From contig JBGPQV010000032.1 of NCBI GenBank assembly GCA_041489255.1, positions 1-17,469 of the forward strand: a DNA stretch of 17,469 nucleotides. The letters are read 5' to 3'. Source of the stretch: Thermoplasmata archaeon. GTDB taxonomy: Archaea > Thermoplasmatota > Thermoplasmata > RBG-16-68-12 > JAFNFQ01. The notes beneath the pieces are model-generated. The model was given only the letters and a program-made list of their open reading frames with translations. It was not told the origin of the DNA and did not search any database. Below are positions 1-9,581 of this stretch, one piece after another (position 1 is the stretch's first letter; every line of letters starts with the position of its first letter). Both the position numbers and the translations under genes were made by a program.

Positions 1-42
1 ATCGTCTCGCCGTAGAAGCCTCACTGGTTTCCGGGGCTGCAT
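1..42 (-). CDS. possible 5' end of a gene running off the left edge (MQPRKPVRLLRRDD...), perhaps a GNAT N-terminus
   Basis: ATG at 42-40 with an open frame to position 1; 'VRLLRRDD' resembles the GNAT beta1 'IRPLRxDD' pattern; AT-rich CTTAATA upstream on the minus strand. Only 14 codons are visible. Confidence 0.25.
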   Translation of the reverse strand, partial: MQPRKPVRLLRRDD

Positions 43-318
43 AATCTGAATCCCATCCCTTAGCTGCCAAGACAAAGAGACAAATTGCTATTAAGAAGTA
101 TCTGTCGCAGAAAAGCCGATTACGTTGCATGAAACACTACAAGGTCGGACATCCGACGGTCCCCGGAAGCCATCAGCCGTCCAGGTGGACTTATACTGGC
201 ATCCGCGGCATTTCCTGAATGGCGACGCAGCATGGCGCTTGCCGTTGTCGTCCTCTCGCCAGCCGCCTTCCACTCGACCGAGAGCGGGGAGTCCTCCTTC
301 TCGGTAGAACGGAACGCA

Positions 319-1215
319 TCACGGCGTCGGGCCCTGCGGCCCAGGCGGTTGCAGGAACGGTGACGAGGGCGCAGTCCCCGGGACGACGGGCGCCGGAATC
401 CGAGGGACGAAGACCGCCGGGAGGACCGAGGGAATGAGCTCCTTCTTGCGGAGACGCTCGCCGACTCCGCGATAGACGAGCACGTAGAGGGCACAGGGCG
501 CGAGGCCGAGGACGCTGCCGAGGAGCGTCGAGAGCCCACTGTTCGTGCTGAACGACCCCGAGCCACCACTCTCGAAGGCAGCCGCGGCGGCGTAGACCTG
601 CCACAAGGAGACGAGCCCCGCGATTCCGGCGGTCACGACAGTCAGAACGGCCGCGACAAGCAGCACGCGCTGCTGCGCCGGCTTGGCGAGGTTGCGGACG
701 GAGAGGACGAGGACGATTGCGACGAGGGCGGCCGTGACGACGCCGGAGATGGCCGCGACGAGGAGCTCCTGAGAGATGAACGCGATGAAGTTGGCGGCAC
801 CGCCTGCGCCCACGGTGCCGAACCCGGAGAAGACGCCAATGAACATGATCACCATCTCCAGCACGTACCCAGTGAGCATGGTGACGAACGCGCCAATCAT
901 CGCGTAAAGGGCGACGCGCATATTGCGCGCGTGCGCCGGCCCGAACTCGTCTCGGCCTGCGTACTGGAACGCGAATCCCACGAGGTAGAGCACCAACGCG
1001 ACTAACGAGAGGAGGGACGCGAGCATTCCCAGCGCAAACATTCCGAGGTTCTCCGCGAGCCCCCCGCTAGTCCCGCCACCCGTCTGCAGGCTCTCCAGGA
1101 GAATCACACCGAGGACCGATTGGACTCCGAGCACAAGCAGATATACGACAAGGCCGACCATGGACCACTGCAGACCGCGGGCAGTCTTCGGCGGCCCCTG
1201 CACATAGCTGTACAC
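319..1215 (-). CDS. multi-pass membrane protein (about 6 TM helices) with Pro-rich C-terminal tail
   Basis: 298-aa ORF with repeated hydrophobic segments, a 'GRDEFGPAHARN' loop and a PAPVVPG...PPGPQGPTP tail; GGGGGTG SD-like motif just before the GTG start. Confidence 0.85.
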   Translation of the reverse strand: MYSYVQGPPKTARGLQWSMVGLVVYLLVLGVQSVLGVILLESLQTGGGTSGGLAENLGMFALGMLASLLSLVALVLYLVGFAFQYAGRDEFGPAHARNMRVALYAMIGAFVTMLTGYVLEMVIMFIGVFSGFGTVGAGGAANFIAFISQELLVAAISGVVTAALVAIVLVLSVRNLAKPAQQRVLLVAAVLTVVTAGIAGLVSLWQVYAAAAAFESGGSGSFSTNSGLSTLLGSVLGLAPCALYVLVYRGVGERLRKKELIPSVLPAVFVPRIPAPVVPGTAPSSPFLQPPGPQGPTP

Positions 1216-1248
1216 GAAACACCCCCGCTAGCGGAATGGGGTCGACCA

Positions 1249-1256
1249 TACATAAA
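1249..1256 (-). promoter_or_regulatory. putative archaeal TATA box for the 319..1215 gene
   Basis: TTTATGTA on the minus strand, about 35 nt upstream of the GTG start, in an otherwise GC-rich context. Confidence 0.4.
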
Positions 1257-1484
1257 CTAACGGATTCCCCCTGATGTGCCCTTGCCGAGAGTGCACCCGT
1301 ACCAAGTTGCGCATCGCCTCGCTTGAGTCAGCTCGATTCTGTCGCTTGGGGACAGTCGCGGTACCGTCCTTCATCAGTCACGAATCCATCACATCGCGCA
1401 CGTCAATGCGCAGGCTCCCGATTCTTGAGACAAGGAATCATAAGCAAAAAGGATATCTCGCTGCCGTGACATATCTAGGGATTG

Positions 1485-1805
1485 ATGAAACCCTATGAAT
1501 GGCCTGTGAAAGTGCTTGGGGCACTTGATCAAACAGGCGGTCATCCCGTGCACTCAGAGTATGGCTCATACAGCAAGGGTTGGATTGAATGGTGGGCCGC
1601 GGTGCCCGGACGGGGACAAGCAGTCTGGCTAGGCCCGAGGACCAGGACCTTCGACGATCCCAGGCGCCTGGAGGAGTTCCGCGAGCGTCTCGATGGACTT
1701 CGCAGGGCAATGTCACTGAACGCTGTTCATGTGGCGATCTCGAAACAGCTATTTGACAAGGCTAGGAAGCTCTTGGGCGATAACATCGACATCTGGGAAA
1801 TCTGA
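1485..1805 (+). CDS. small hypothetical protein (about 106 aa)
   Basis: ATG at 1485 (TTG at 1482 is an alternative); AAAAAGGATAT BRE/TATA-like motif about 30 nt upstream; protein-like composition; closely followed by the next + strand gene. Confidence 0.6.
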   Translation: MKPYEWPVKVLGALDQTGGHPVHSEYGSYSKGWIEWWAAVPGRGQAVWLGPRTRTFDDPRRLEEFRERLDGLRRAMSLNAVHVAISKQLFDKARKLLGDNIDIWEI

Positions 1806-1828
1806 GCGCCGTGGGACTGTGTTCGCTG

Positions 1829-2629
1829 ATGACCAAGACAACCAAGGAGGAAGATGTTTACGGCTTGCTGCATTTCGCAGAAGCCTGTCGCCGTATGCCC
1901 CCACTGGAGCGAACAGCAACAACCGCTGAAGAACTCCACAAAAGTCTAGCGAATCAAAGCATTAGCTACAGTAGCGCCGCCGACTTGTTGCTCGAAACCT
2001 TTCAGGGCCAACTGGGGGGAGCAGCAGTCCAAGTATCCGCAGGCTATTGGCAATTGAAACGGCTCTTCGAAGATTTACGCGACAAGCTGAGAACAACAAG
2101 AAGGCAGGAAATCAAGCTGTTTGAATACCGAGACTTCGAGCGAGTCCGGAGTCTGGACGAGAACTTGGGTATAATCTACGACGAACTCACGTCAAGCCAA
2201 GGGACGCCCAACCAGCGATACCTCCTTCTCTGCCTTGGTCATGTAATTCGATGGGAGGTCAGGGCCAGAGAGGTTGAACAACAGCTCGAACGTCTCGCTC
2301 ATCGCGCCTATATGAATCAAGAGGAAAAAGTGTCCCTTGTTGCCAAAGACTACCTCACAATCCGGAAGAAGGGTTCAGACGGAGAACCTGACACGAAGCA
2401 TCTACGGAATTCAATTGCTCACGGGAGATTCAGGTTTATGGTCAGAGGAGCTATCGAATTCGAAGATCGAGACATGCTGGGCAAGACCGTTACCTTCTCG
2501 CAGCGTTTTTCGTTTGAGGAATTCGGACGGTTTTGCGACCTATTCGAAGTGAGACTACGGTTATTACCGTTGTACGTTGAGTTTCACAATGTGATGGTGA
2601 CAATTGCCAGACACCATTTTGGTGGCTAA
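1829..2629 (+). CDS. putative HEPN-domain protein (RxxxxH RNase motif)
   Basis: Largely helical-looking ORF with LRNSIAHG (RNSIAH at 2405-2422) near the C-terminus. Start is ATG 1829 or GTG 1811. Confidence 0.65.
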   Translation: MTKTTKEEDVYGLLHFAEACRRMPPLERTATTAEELHKSLANQSISYSSAADLLLETFQGQLGGAAVQVSAGYWQLKRLFEDLRDKLRTTRRQEIKLFEYRDFERVRSLDENLGIIYDELTSSQGTPNQRYLLLCLGHVIRWEVRAREVEQQLERLAHRAYMNQEEKVSLVAKDYLTIRKKGSDGEPDTKHLRNSIAHGRFRFMVRGAIEFEDRDMLGKTVTFSQRFSFEEFGRFCDLFEVRLRLLPLYVEFHNVMVTIARHHFGG

Positions 2630-2686
2630 TTAATCGCTCAGTTGACGAGCGCCGAATCGAGAATCTGCGGCAATCCTGTCACACGC

Positions 2687-3658
2687 TTAGTGGATCGTCT
2701 TGCGCCACACCTCGGCCGGATTCACTGCCTTAAAGCCGGCTTCCTGGAACAGCGCGCCCTCTTTCCTGTATTCGGGATGGACACGATCCCTGATTTCCAA
2801 TGCTCCCTTGCCCCTGAGCCAGTGGCACGCCTGGAGCAATAGCCTCTCCCGCAGCCTCGTCCTCACAAGCCTCTCCGCGACATCGACATAGTCGACAAGA
2901 CCCCATGGCTTCTCTCCAGGGAAAAAGAAGGAGTCGACAAAGCCCAGCAGCTCACCTGTGCTCTTGTCTTCCGCGATTAGGAAACCTTCAGGATCGAAGG
3001 CGCTGGCCAGCGGTTCCACCTCCCACCACGCCGGCTGTCCCGGCACGACGGCGCACTCGGTCGGGAGGTCCTTCCCCCTCTCCCGGTTGAACAGCTCGAT
3101 GATCCTCGCCCTGTCCTCGGGCAGGCGTATCGGTCTGATTCGCTCTTCGACCTCGTGTAGAAGGGCCGTGATCGGCATGTCCGATGCGAGCACGACGTCG
3201 TAGAACCGCTCATGCGGCGCAAAACCAGTCTTGGTGAGGAACCTCTTCCAGTCTGTCCAAGAATCCATGAGCGCAGTCTCGAGCCCCTTCACACCCTGGG
3301 CCTTCAGCTCATCGCACAGAAGGTCCGTGAGGCGCGTTCCTATCCCCTTCCCCCTGTGGGTCTTGGCGACCTGCAACACCAATGTCGCTATGCCTGATGC
3401 GCCCCCGCCGCATGTGGGGCGGAGGATTCCTCTGGCGCTTCCCACCACTTTCCCTCTGTCGATCGCAAGCAGATGTACCTTGGTGCTGCCCGCCGAGATC
3501 TGCAATAGAATCCTCTGCCGAATGCTGTCTCGCGTCTCATGCGTCGAATACAAAGGGTCCTTTGTGTCATCCTCCGCGCGCAGGTCGATGTACCCATCCA
3601 TCCACTTCTCCGAAAAAGGAACGATCTCCACGCCGCCAACTCGTGCATTCTTCTCCAT
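2687..3658 (-). CDS. tandem (two-domain) GNAT N-acetyltransferase
   Basis: Acetyl-CoA-binding motif A 'VAKTHRGKGIGTRL' plus 'FLTKTGF'; a second degenerate GNAT domain (RIRPIRLPED..., VAERLVRTRLRERL, FQEAGF). Confidence 0.9.
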   Translation of the reverse strand: MEKNARVGGVEIVPFSEKWMDGYIDLRAEDDTKDPLYSTHETRDSIRQRILLQISAGSTKVHLLAIDRGKVVGSARGILRPTCGGGASGIATLVLQVAKTHRGKGIGTRLTDLLCDELKAQGVKGLETALMDSWTDWKRFLTKTGFAPHERFYDVVLASDMPITALLHEVEERIRPIRLPEDRARIIELFNRERGKDLPTECAVVPGQPAWWEVEPLASAFDPEGFLIAEDKSTGELLGFVDSFFFPGEKPWGLVDYVDVAERLVRTRLRERLLLQACHWLRGKGALEIRDRVHPEYRKEGALFQEAGFKAVNPAEVWRKTIH

Positions 3659-3719
3659 GCCTTGCCGTATCGTGGGCCTTTGTCAAATAGCTTCCGCTCG
3701 ACAGTCGAATAGATTGGTT

Positions 3720-4160
3720 TCATAGATCACGTGATGCTCTGCGACGAGTGTGGGCACTCTTCTGGCGGAACTCGAAGTAAGCGTTGAGGATCCTCTCTGC
3801 GTCAAATGCAAAGCTCAGATTCGCGAGCTCCCCCCGACTAAACCATTTTGCGCAGTCGGTCTCAAGCGGATTGATCCGTATCCGCGTGTTCGGCGGCATT
3901 TCCGCAGTGAAGGCGTACTCCAAGACTCCGTCTGGCGCCTTGAAGCATCGCCAGAAGGTAATGCTGAGATTGATCCCCAGTTCCTCAAACAGTTCCCTCT
4001 TGGCGGTTTCTGACGGAGTCTCTCCTTTTTCGACCCCACCGCCAAAGGACCCCCATTTTCCTGCGAAGGGAACGCCACGACGTCTCGCCCTTTTCTGAAG
4101 GAGCACCTTTCCGTCAGAACGAGACACGATGATGCTGGCGGCCCGTTGTGCTTGGGTCAT
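3720..4160 (-). CDS. Nudix hydrolase
   Basis: Nudix box GGGVEKGETPSETAKRELFEELG preceded by 'GKVLLQKR...FAGKW'. The probable start is ATG 4160 (MTQAQR); the ORF track extends to 4271. Confidence 0.92.
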   Translation of the reverse strand: MTQAQRAASIIVSRSDGKVLLQKRARRRGVPFAGKWGSFGGGVEKGETPSETAKRELFEELGINLSITFWRCFKAPDGVLEYAFTAEMPPNTRIRINPLETDCAKWFSRGELANLSFAFDAERILNAYFEFRQKSAHTRRRASRDL

Positions 4161-4283
4161 GAATGCCAATCGTATACCCTTGCTCTTTATCAACACTCTA
4201 CTCGGGGTAGTTCGGAAGAAGGCTAAGCGCTCGCGGAAACCAATCGTCGCGCTCGCAGACTTCCTCCGCATCGTCCGTCGCGG

Positions 4284-5105
4284 TCAGTGTTTTGAAGCCC
4301 TGACTGACATCATGAGCGGTATGTACCCGTGGCCCTTCGTCAAGCGCCACCATCCGTCCCTCCCCCGCCGCATGAACGGGAACATCTTCCACGCGGCGTA
4401 AGGGAATTCGCGCACGAACTCGATCCGCAGGCCCGCCCCGATGAGTGCGTTGAGGATGTCGCTGACGCTGTGCTGCCAGTTGTACTGGACCCGCTCCCGG
4501 AGAGGGGCGCGGCTCCATCCAGGGACAAATCGCTCCGGTGTCTCCCGGCGGAAGTAGGGCGCCTCGAATTCGAATCCTCCCGTCTTGGGTTCGTCAGCGT
4601 AGATGTGCGCGACCGGGTGGCTATCGAGGAGGTAGAAGACGCCCCCTCGCTTTAGGAAGCGCGCGATGACGCGCCCCCAGCGGCGAAGGTCAGGCAGCCA
4701 GCACAGCACGCCAATCGATGTGTAGACAACGTCGAAGCGCCCTCTCAGCACACGCGGGAGGTTGTACACGTCCGACAACACAAAGCGCGCGTCGATGCCG
4801 AGCTCTCTGGCAAGGTCGCGGGCCAGACAAATGGCCACGGGGGAGAAGTCCACGCCTGTCGCACGCGCCCCGAGGCGCGCCCAGCACATCGTGTCGATCC
4901 CGAAGTGGCACTGAAGGTGGAGGAGGGACTTCCCACGCACGCTACCGAGCTCCCTTCGCTCCAGCGGCGGGATGCGGACGCGCCCTCGCTTGAAACCCTC
5001 GAGGTCGTACTCGCGCGAGGCCGCGTTTAGAAGGACCAGTTCGTCCCAGCGGCGTCGGTTCGCCTCGAGGAACCGGTCCCATTGCCTCGGCACACGAGGA
5101 CGCAC
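4284..5105 (-). CDS. class I SAM-dependent methyltransferase
   Basis: Motif I variant 'GKSLLHLQCHFGIDT', 'GVDFS', 'FDVVYTSIGVLCWLPDL' and 'LKRGGVFYLLDSHP'. Confidence 0.93.
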   Translation of the reverse strand: MRPRVPRQWDRFLEANRRRWDELVLLNAASREYDLEGFKRGRVRIPPLERRELGSVRGKSLLHLQCHFGIDTMCWARLGARATGVDFSPVAICLARDLARELGIDARFVLSDVYNLPRVLRGRFDVVYTSIGVLCWLPDLRRWGRVIARFLKRGGVFYLLDSHPVAHIYADEPKTGGFEFEAPYFRRETPERFVPGWSRAPLRERVQYNWQHSVSDILNALIGAGLRIEFVREFPYAAWKMFPFMRRGRDGWWRLTKGHGYIPLMMSVRASKH

Positions 5106-5290
5106 GGATACACGTCACTTAAGTCTTCGCATGGGTGACGGACTTCGGTCACAGAAAACGGAAAGAACTGCCGGCCGTCGTGGCGGCTTGGTTGTACAAA
5201 CAAGCGGATAGGCGACCCTCCCAGACTATTTTGCTGCCAGCACTTCTCGGTTGATAAAGTTGTTAAGACTGCAGGCGATCCCATTGCTTG

Positions 5291-6040
5291 ATGCGTATGT
5301 ACTCCAAACATCGCGAAAGGAAACACCCGGCATGGCAATTCTGGAAAGCGCCTGCCCACTGGACCAAGCGCAGCAAGAAAGCCTGGAGGACCTTTCAGGG
5401 GATGGCTCTTATGATTGTTGTGTTGATCGCAGCAGTGGGTTTCGCGAACTACCATTTGCCCGGCATCTGGATTCTCTCTGCCATTGTTATTGGTTCCCTG
5501 TTCTTCGTGTTCGTCATAGGACTGTTGCTCCGTGACGATTCTGTCTACCGTCAAGACATGGCGGGCAGTCTCAAGCGATTCCTGACGGGGACTGCCATAA
5601 GCATCCTGCTCGCAATCCCATATCGCCTAACTTGGGAAAACATCCTCTTGGGCATCATCGTGTTCCTTCTGGTGAACCTAATCTCGATTCCGTTGTTTAC
5701 GTACACCTCGTGGTTGAATGAGGATGACGCGCAGGAGAGGCTGATTCCGCGCGATCGCGACTCATCATACGGTAGCGACTACTTCCACCCATCGGACAAC
5801 AGTCCCAAGAGAGCCGTTAACGCGTCGGGCTTAGTGATTACGAGCAGCCAATCCGGGTGGCTTACGATCTGCAACAACTGCATGTCTCTTGTCGGAGACG
5901 AGGAAGAGTATTGCTGGCGATGCAGGGAGGATCTCAAGCCGGGGGACAAGCTCTATGTGGCCCTTCCAGTACAGAAGCCCCCGCGGAGGCCTGAGCTGAC
6001 CTTTGAGGAGATGTTGCAGCTCTACGATGTGGAATCGTAG
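5291..6040 (+). CDS. membrane protein (about 4 TM) with C-terminal zinc ribbon
   Basis: Four hydrophobic segments followed by CNNC-x9-CWRC; AAAGTTGTTAAG BRE/TATA-like motif near 5255-5267. Start is ATG 5291 or 5297. Confidence 0.75.
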   Translation: MRMYSKHRERKHPAWQFWKAPAHWTKRSKKAWRTFQGMALMIVVLIAAVGFANYHLPGIWILSAIVIGSLFFVFVIGLLLRDDSVYRQDMAGSLKRFLTGTAISILLAIPYRLTWENILLGIIVFLLVNLISIPLFTYTSWLNEDDAQERLIPRDRDSSYGSDYFHPSDNSPKRAVNASGLVITSSQSGWLTICNNCMSLVGDEEEYCWRCREDLKPGDKLYVALPVQKPPRRPELTFEEMLQLYDVES

Positions 6041-6101
6041 GTGCAGTGTAGCAGGATCTGTGACCGCCTAAGTTGTCAGGACATGTTTCCGTCATCGAAG
6101 C

Positions 6102-6206
6102 TTGATTGCGACCTTCCTCATGGCGAGCACATTCAGACTGAATCTCGAAGAGTTGGTGGAGAAAAAGTGCGCGCGATTCAGGGCGAGGGAAGGTCCGCGT
6201 TCATGA
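6102..6206 (+). pseudogene. possible C-terminal remnant of a MazG-like nucleotide pyrophosphohydrolase
   Basis: A frame not in the ORF track reads LIATFLMASTFRLNLEELVEKKCARFRAREGPRS*, resembling the last helices of MazG-like proteins; no N-terminal part or catalytic EE motif is seen. Confidence 0.25.
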
Positions 6207-6214
6207 GATTGGAT

Positions 6215-6841
6215 TCAGCTCTTCCCCCCTACTCCGTTTGAAACTGCAAAGAACTTCGCCCGCCTGAGAACCAGGTCGTAGCATGTCTTGGCTTTGCCGC
6301 CAAGCGGCTGAGGGTGAGAGGCATTGATCTCAAAGCCGCAATTCCGAAACATGTCGAGAGACGCGACATTGTAGTCCGCGACATCGCAAGCGAAAACCAT
6401 GTCCGCCTTCTCGCGCTCAAACCCGAACTCTGCCAACAGGCGCACCGTCTTGGTTCCGATACCACGGTGCCAATACGTCTTCTCCCCAATCATCAGATCA
6501 ATACGACGACAGTCAAACCCTGCGTGTCGGGCGAGAATCCTTGGGAGATTCATCTTCTGAAGCCAACACTCCCCCACAGGTTTCCCATCGAACTCAATGA
6601 TGAAGCAGTAGGCCTCCTGAGACACGGTGCAATAGATGCTCTTGACTTCCTCCAAGGTCCACGAAGAAACGTCGGTACCTTCCGAGAAATAGAGAACCTC
6701 AGGATCGCTATTCCATCTCAGAAGGATGTCCCAATCGCGCTCAATCAGTGGTCGCAGCATGATGCGCCCGATGCGAAGGGTGATGTCGTGGGTCTTCAGG
6801 GTTCCTGCACGTTCTCGGCGACTTGGAACATCGGTTCTCAT
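6215..6841 (-). CDS. GNAT family N-acetyltransferase (RimJ/RimL-like)
   Basis: 'IMLRPLIERDWDILLRWNSDPEV', 'IGEKTYWHRGIGT' (motif A) and 'NVASLDMFRNCGF'. Confidence 0.92.
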   Translation of the reverse strand: MRTDVPSRRERAGTLKTHDITLRIGRIMLRPLIERDWDILLRWNSDPEVLYFSEGTDVSSWTLEEVKSIYCTVSQEAYCFIIEFDGKPVGECWLQKMNLPRILARHAGFDCRRIDLMIGEKTYWHRGIGTKTVRLLAEFGFEREKADMVFACDVADYNVASLDMFRNCGFEINASHPQPLGGKAKTCYDLVLRRAKFFAVSNGVGGKS

Positions 6842-7032
6842 AATTGGTTGATGGACGAAGCACTAGAAGAATCCAAATGCTCAGATCGTCCTGAATTTCT
6901 GAACTCGTGGTTGGGCATATCTACTGATGTCTCTCCTGATGTGAACCATCTTGGCTCGGTTGGTAGCTTCGGAGCCTGGCGGTGAGCCGAGTGTGTCAAC
7001 GGATTTCGGTCCCTGCGACCCCATACCATGCT

Positions 7033-7695
7033 TTAACGCCCAATGAGGTGCAGGAGGTCGGTCAACAGTGAGTGTTCGGTCACCTCAGTGTCTGCCAGGA
7101 GATTCGGACCAGCGATGAAATACCTTCGGTCGTGGGCCCTGACGATGTCGAACGCTGCCCCCCGCCAAGGGTAACAGGTCATGAGAGCGAAGTATTGGCC
7201 TGAGCCTCCGAGCTCAATTGCCAACCCCAAGAACGCTCGGCCTATCCCCACACCAAGCTCGTCGTCGTAGCATTTACACTCAACGACGGCCCAGACACCT
7301 TTCTTTGGCAAGGGTTTTCCACTTTGGCGACAAGACTCCGCAACGTCGCCGTCAACGACCCCCACGTCCATCTCGTGAGCGTGGGAGGACGAACCGATCG
7401 CATATGTGTTGGCGTGGAGTTCCAAGGAGGGCTGGCTGGGCGTGCCCTGCGCGAACCGAATGAACGAACACGACTGGTCTGTGATATGTCTCCGCCCCTT
7501 TGGGAACACAAACGTGGCGCCCTCTAACTGTGCTCCACGCGGACGGTATCCGAGCTGTTTCACGACGCTGAAAGTCACTGAGAAGCAGTAGGCCTCATAG
7601 GCCCTGGAAACATCAGTTGGAAGTTGGAACGCGGTGGCAATACCTCGAAGAGCTGAGCGAATCGCGTTCACAAGCTGACCGAGTGCTGGTTGCAT
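7033..7695 (-). CDS. PD-(D/E)xK superfamily nuclease (restriction endonuclease/Mrr-like)
   Basis: N-terminal helix 'RAYEAY', 'GSSSHAHEMDVGVV' (catalytic D) and 'AVVECKCY' (E-x-K), followed by helix 'LGVGIGRAFLGL'. Confidence 0.75.
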   Translation of the reverse strand: MQPALGQLVNAIRSALRGIATAFQLPTDVSRAYEAYCFSVTFSVVKQLGYRPRGAQLEGATFVFPKGRRHITDQSCSFIRFAQGTPSQPSLELHANTYAIGSSSHAHEMDVGVVDGDVAESCRQSGKPLPKKGVWAVVECKCYDDELGVGIGRAFLGLAIELGGSGQYFALMTCYPWRGAAFDIVRAHDRRYFIAGPNLLADTEVTEHSLLTDLLHLIGR

Positions 7696-7699
7696 TGCC

Positions 7700-8380
7700 T
7701 CACGTGGCCGAAGGAATCCACTTCTGGAGGATGGAACGAACTGTTGGATCTCGCGTTTCGCGCTCTAGATATCGAGAAAGGGCCACCACTGCTTGTTCCA
7801 TCACCTGGACCTCCGTGGACCGAATCCCGTCCGGTATCATGCTCCGTAGGGTTGTCTGTGCGATGCCACTGTCCGAGTCGGATGTGAGCGTCCTCTCCGC
7901 GTGCTCGACCCAGGAGAACGGCAGCACACGGAAAGTGTATAACCCTAGGAGCAGAAGCGTGAGTTGGCGTTCAAGGTCGGATTCTATTTGGTCAATCGAC
8001 TCGACCAAGTGGGGAGGAGGCCTATTCTTATCCTTCGGCGGAGTTCTATCCTCGGAAGCAGGCTCTCGGAGGGCTTTCAGGGCTTCCGCCTCTTCCACCT
8101 GAATATCAACGAAAGTGAGCAACCACTGATAACCACCCTCCCGCAACTCCGTCTTAAGCGCTTCAAGCGCTTCCTGCAGATCCTCGGCGGGGATCACGAC
8201 GAAGAGATAGAGGCGCCCGTCAAATAGGTTCCCCCTCGAGCCTCGGTCGTCGACCACCAACTCTCGACGCCAAGGACCTAAGTTCAAGCTCAAACCAGTA
8301 GCACCACCGTTCGTCACTTTGGCGATGGGCGCCGGCCGTCGCCCTTTCTCGCCGGTGATGGCGGGAGGTGGGGCTACCAA
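7700..8380 (-). CDS. hypothetical protein, probably co-transcribed with the downstream nuclease
   Basis: 226-aa ORF ending 4 nt before the nuclease ATG; the true start may be downstream of 8380. No recognisable motif. Confidence 0.6.
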   Translation of the reverse strand: MVAPPPAITGEKGRRPAPIAKVTNGGATGLSLNLGPWRRELVVDDRGSRGNLFDGRLYLFVVIPAEDLQEALEALKTELREGGYQWLLTFVDIQVEEAEALKALREPASEDRTPPKDKNRPPPHLVESIDQIESDLERQLTLLLLGLYTFRVLPFSWVEHAERTLTSDSDSGIAQTTLRSMIPDGIRSTEVQVMEQAVVALSRYLERETRDPTVRSILQKWIPSAT

Positions 8381-8478
8381 GGACGTTCCACACTGATCGT
8401 CGACAATCCCTCAGTCACCATTCACCGCAACTCTTATGGCCGCGACACGGGTACCAATCAGCTATCGTCGCTGCTCCC

Positions 8479-9243
8479 TTGGTTACTGTGCTGCGAAGCC
8501 GGTGCACTTCCGAAACCATAATGACCCCGCTTGACGACCTCTTCAGGGTCGGCGCGACGACCGACTTCGTAGAGGCACTCGCCATCATGAAGCGTCGAGG
8601 TTACGACGTCGCTCCGTGGGAAGAAAGCAATGAAGTCAAGGGCTTCGTCTTCAGAGAGAACCTTGAGATCTCTGAAAACCGGAGTCCCCTCGTAAGACCC
8701 TTGAGCTCCCTCCCATCCGTTTCTGTTGGAACGGAGCTCAAAGACCTCCTCTACAGACTTCAAGAGAAGTCCCTCTTGGGAGTCATGGACGGAGGTGACT
8801 TCAGGGGCCTCGTGCATTTCGCCGACCTCAACAGACCTCCGATTCGCCTCCTCCTCTTCGCCCTCATCGGTCAGTTCGAGTACGACATTGCGAAGCGTTG
8901 GGCAAGCAAGGAGGTACGTGAAGTCGAAGCGATCCACGGTCTCGACCCGGAAAGCCTCAAGAGAGCGAAGACCAGGTACGAAAAAGACAGGAAGAAGGAC
9001 CGCCACCTTGCCTTCTGTTACTATCTGGACACACCCAGCCTCCTCCGACTCGCGGCCTCAGACGATGGTTTGCTTCAGGCTCTCGATATGTCAGGAGCGG
9101 CCTTCGGAGAACGGTACATGCGGCTTCCGCAGACCCGGAATAGCCTGGTGCATCCGAAACGCTTTGTTCAGTCAGTGGACGATGTGAATCATCTCTCGAA
9201 CCTTATCGATGTCCTCGAAAGCGATGTCAATGCCCTTTTATAG
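8479..9243 (+). CDS. CBS-domain pair fused to a C-terminal HEPN-like (RxxxxH) domain
   Basis: CBS-like 'TSETIMTP...ALAIMKRRGYDVAP...KGFV' and 'LPSVSVGTELKDLL...GVMDGGDFRGLVHFADL'; RNSLVH at 9136-9153. The start is uncertain (TTG 8479, GTG 8488 or ATG 8521; ORF open from 8368). Confidence 0.75.
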   Translation: MVTVLRSRCTSETIMTPLDDLFRVGATTDFVEALAIMKRRGYDVAPWEESNEVKGFVFRENLEISENRSPLVRPLSSLPSVSVGTELKDLLYRLQEKSLLGVMDGGDFRGLVHFADLNRPPIRLLLFALIGQFEYDIAKRWASKEVREVEAIHGLDPESLKRAKTRYEKDRKKDRHLAFCYYLDTPSLLRLAASDDGLLQALDMSGAAFGERYMRLPQTRNSLVHPKRFVQSVDDVNHLSNLIDVLESDVNALL

Positions 9244-9581
9244 CGGCGCCCTCAGGCGGACACATGAAGATGACGTAGTCAGACATGCGGCCTTCGCGAC
9301 GGAAATACTGGCGCCGAATCGCGGAGCTGTTGACGGTCGGCAGACCGACTTGTTCCAACTAGTTCCCATCTAGATTTTCTTGCGATTAGACAATGAACGC
9401 GACGATGAATGCTTCGCTTGCACCGGCGTTGTCAAATTCTTAGGGATGAAATGCCCGGGAAAGAAAGCTAACGGCACCTGGCTTATGGAGAAGACAAGAC
9501 ACGACAGGTCCGCTCCGCAGCCAGATATCCCTAATTTCCTGACAACCTCGAAGATAGCGCTATCCTTATCACCCCATGATG

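Noticed and set aside
5135-5152. GTGAC...GTCAC hairpin with a TTCG loop in the divergent intergenic region
   Set aside because: Too short, no U-tract and no support as an ncRNA or terminator.
6314-6985. 223-aa + strand ORF
   Set aside because: Antisense to the well-supported GNAT gene.
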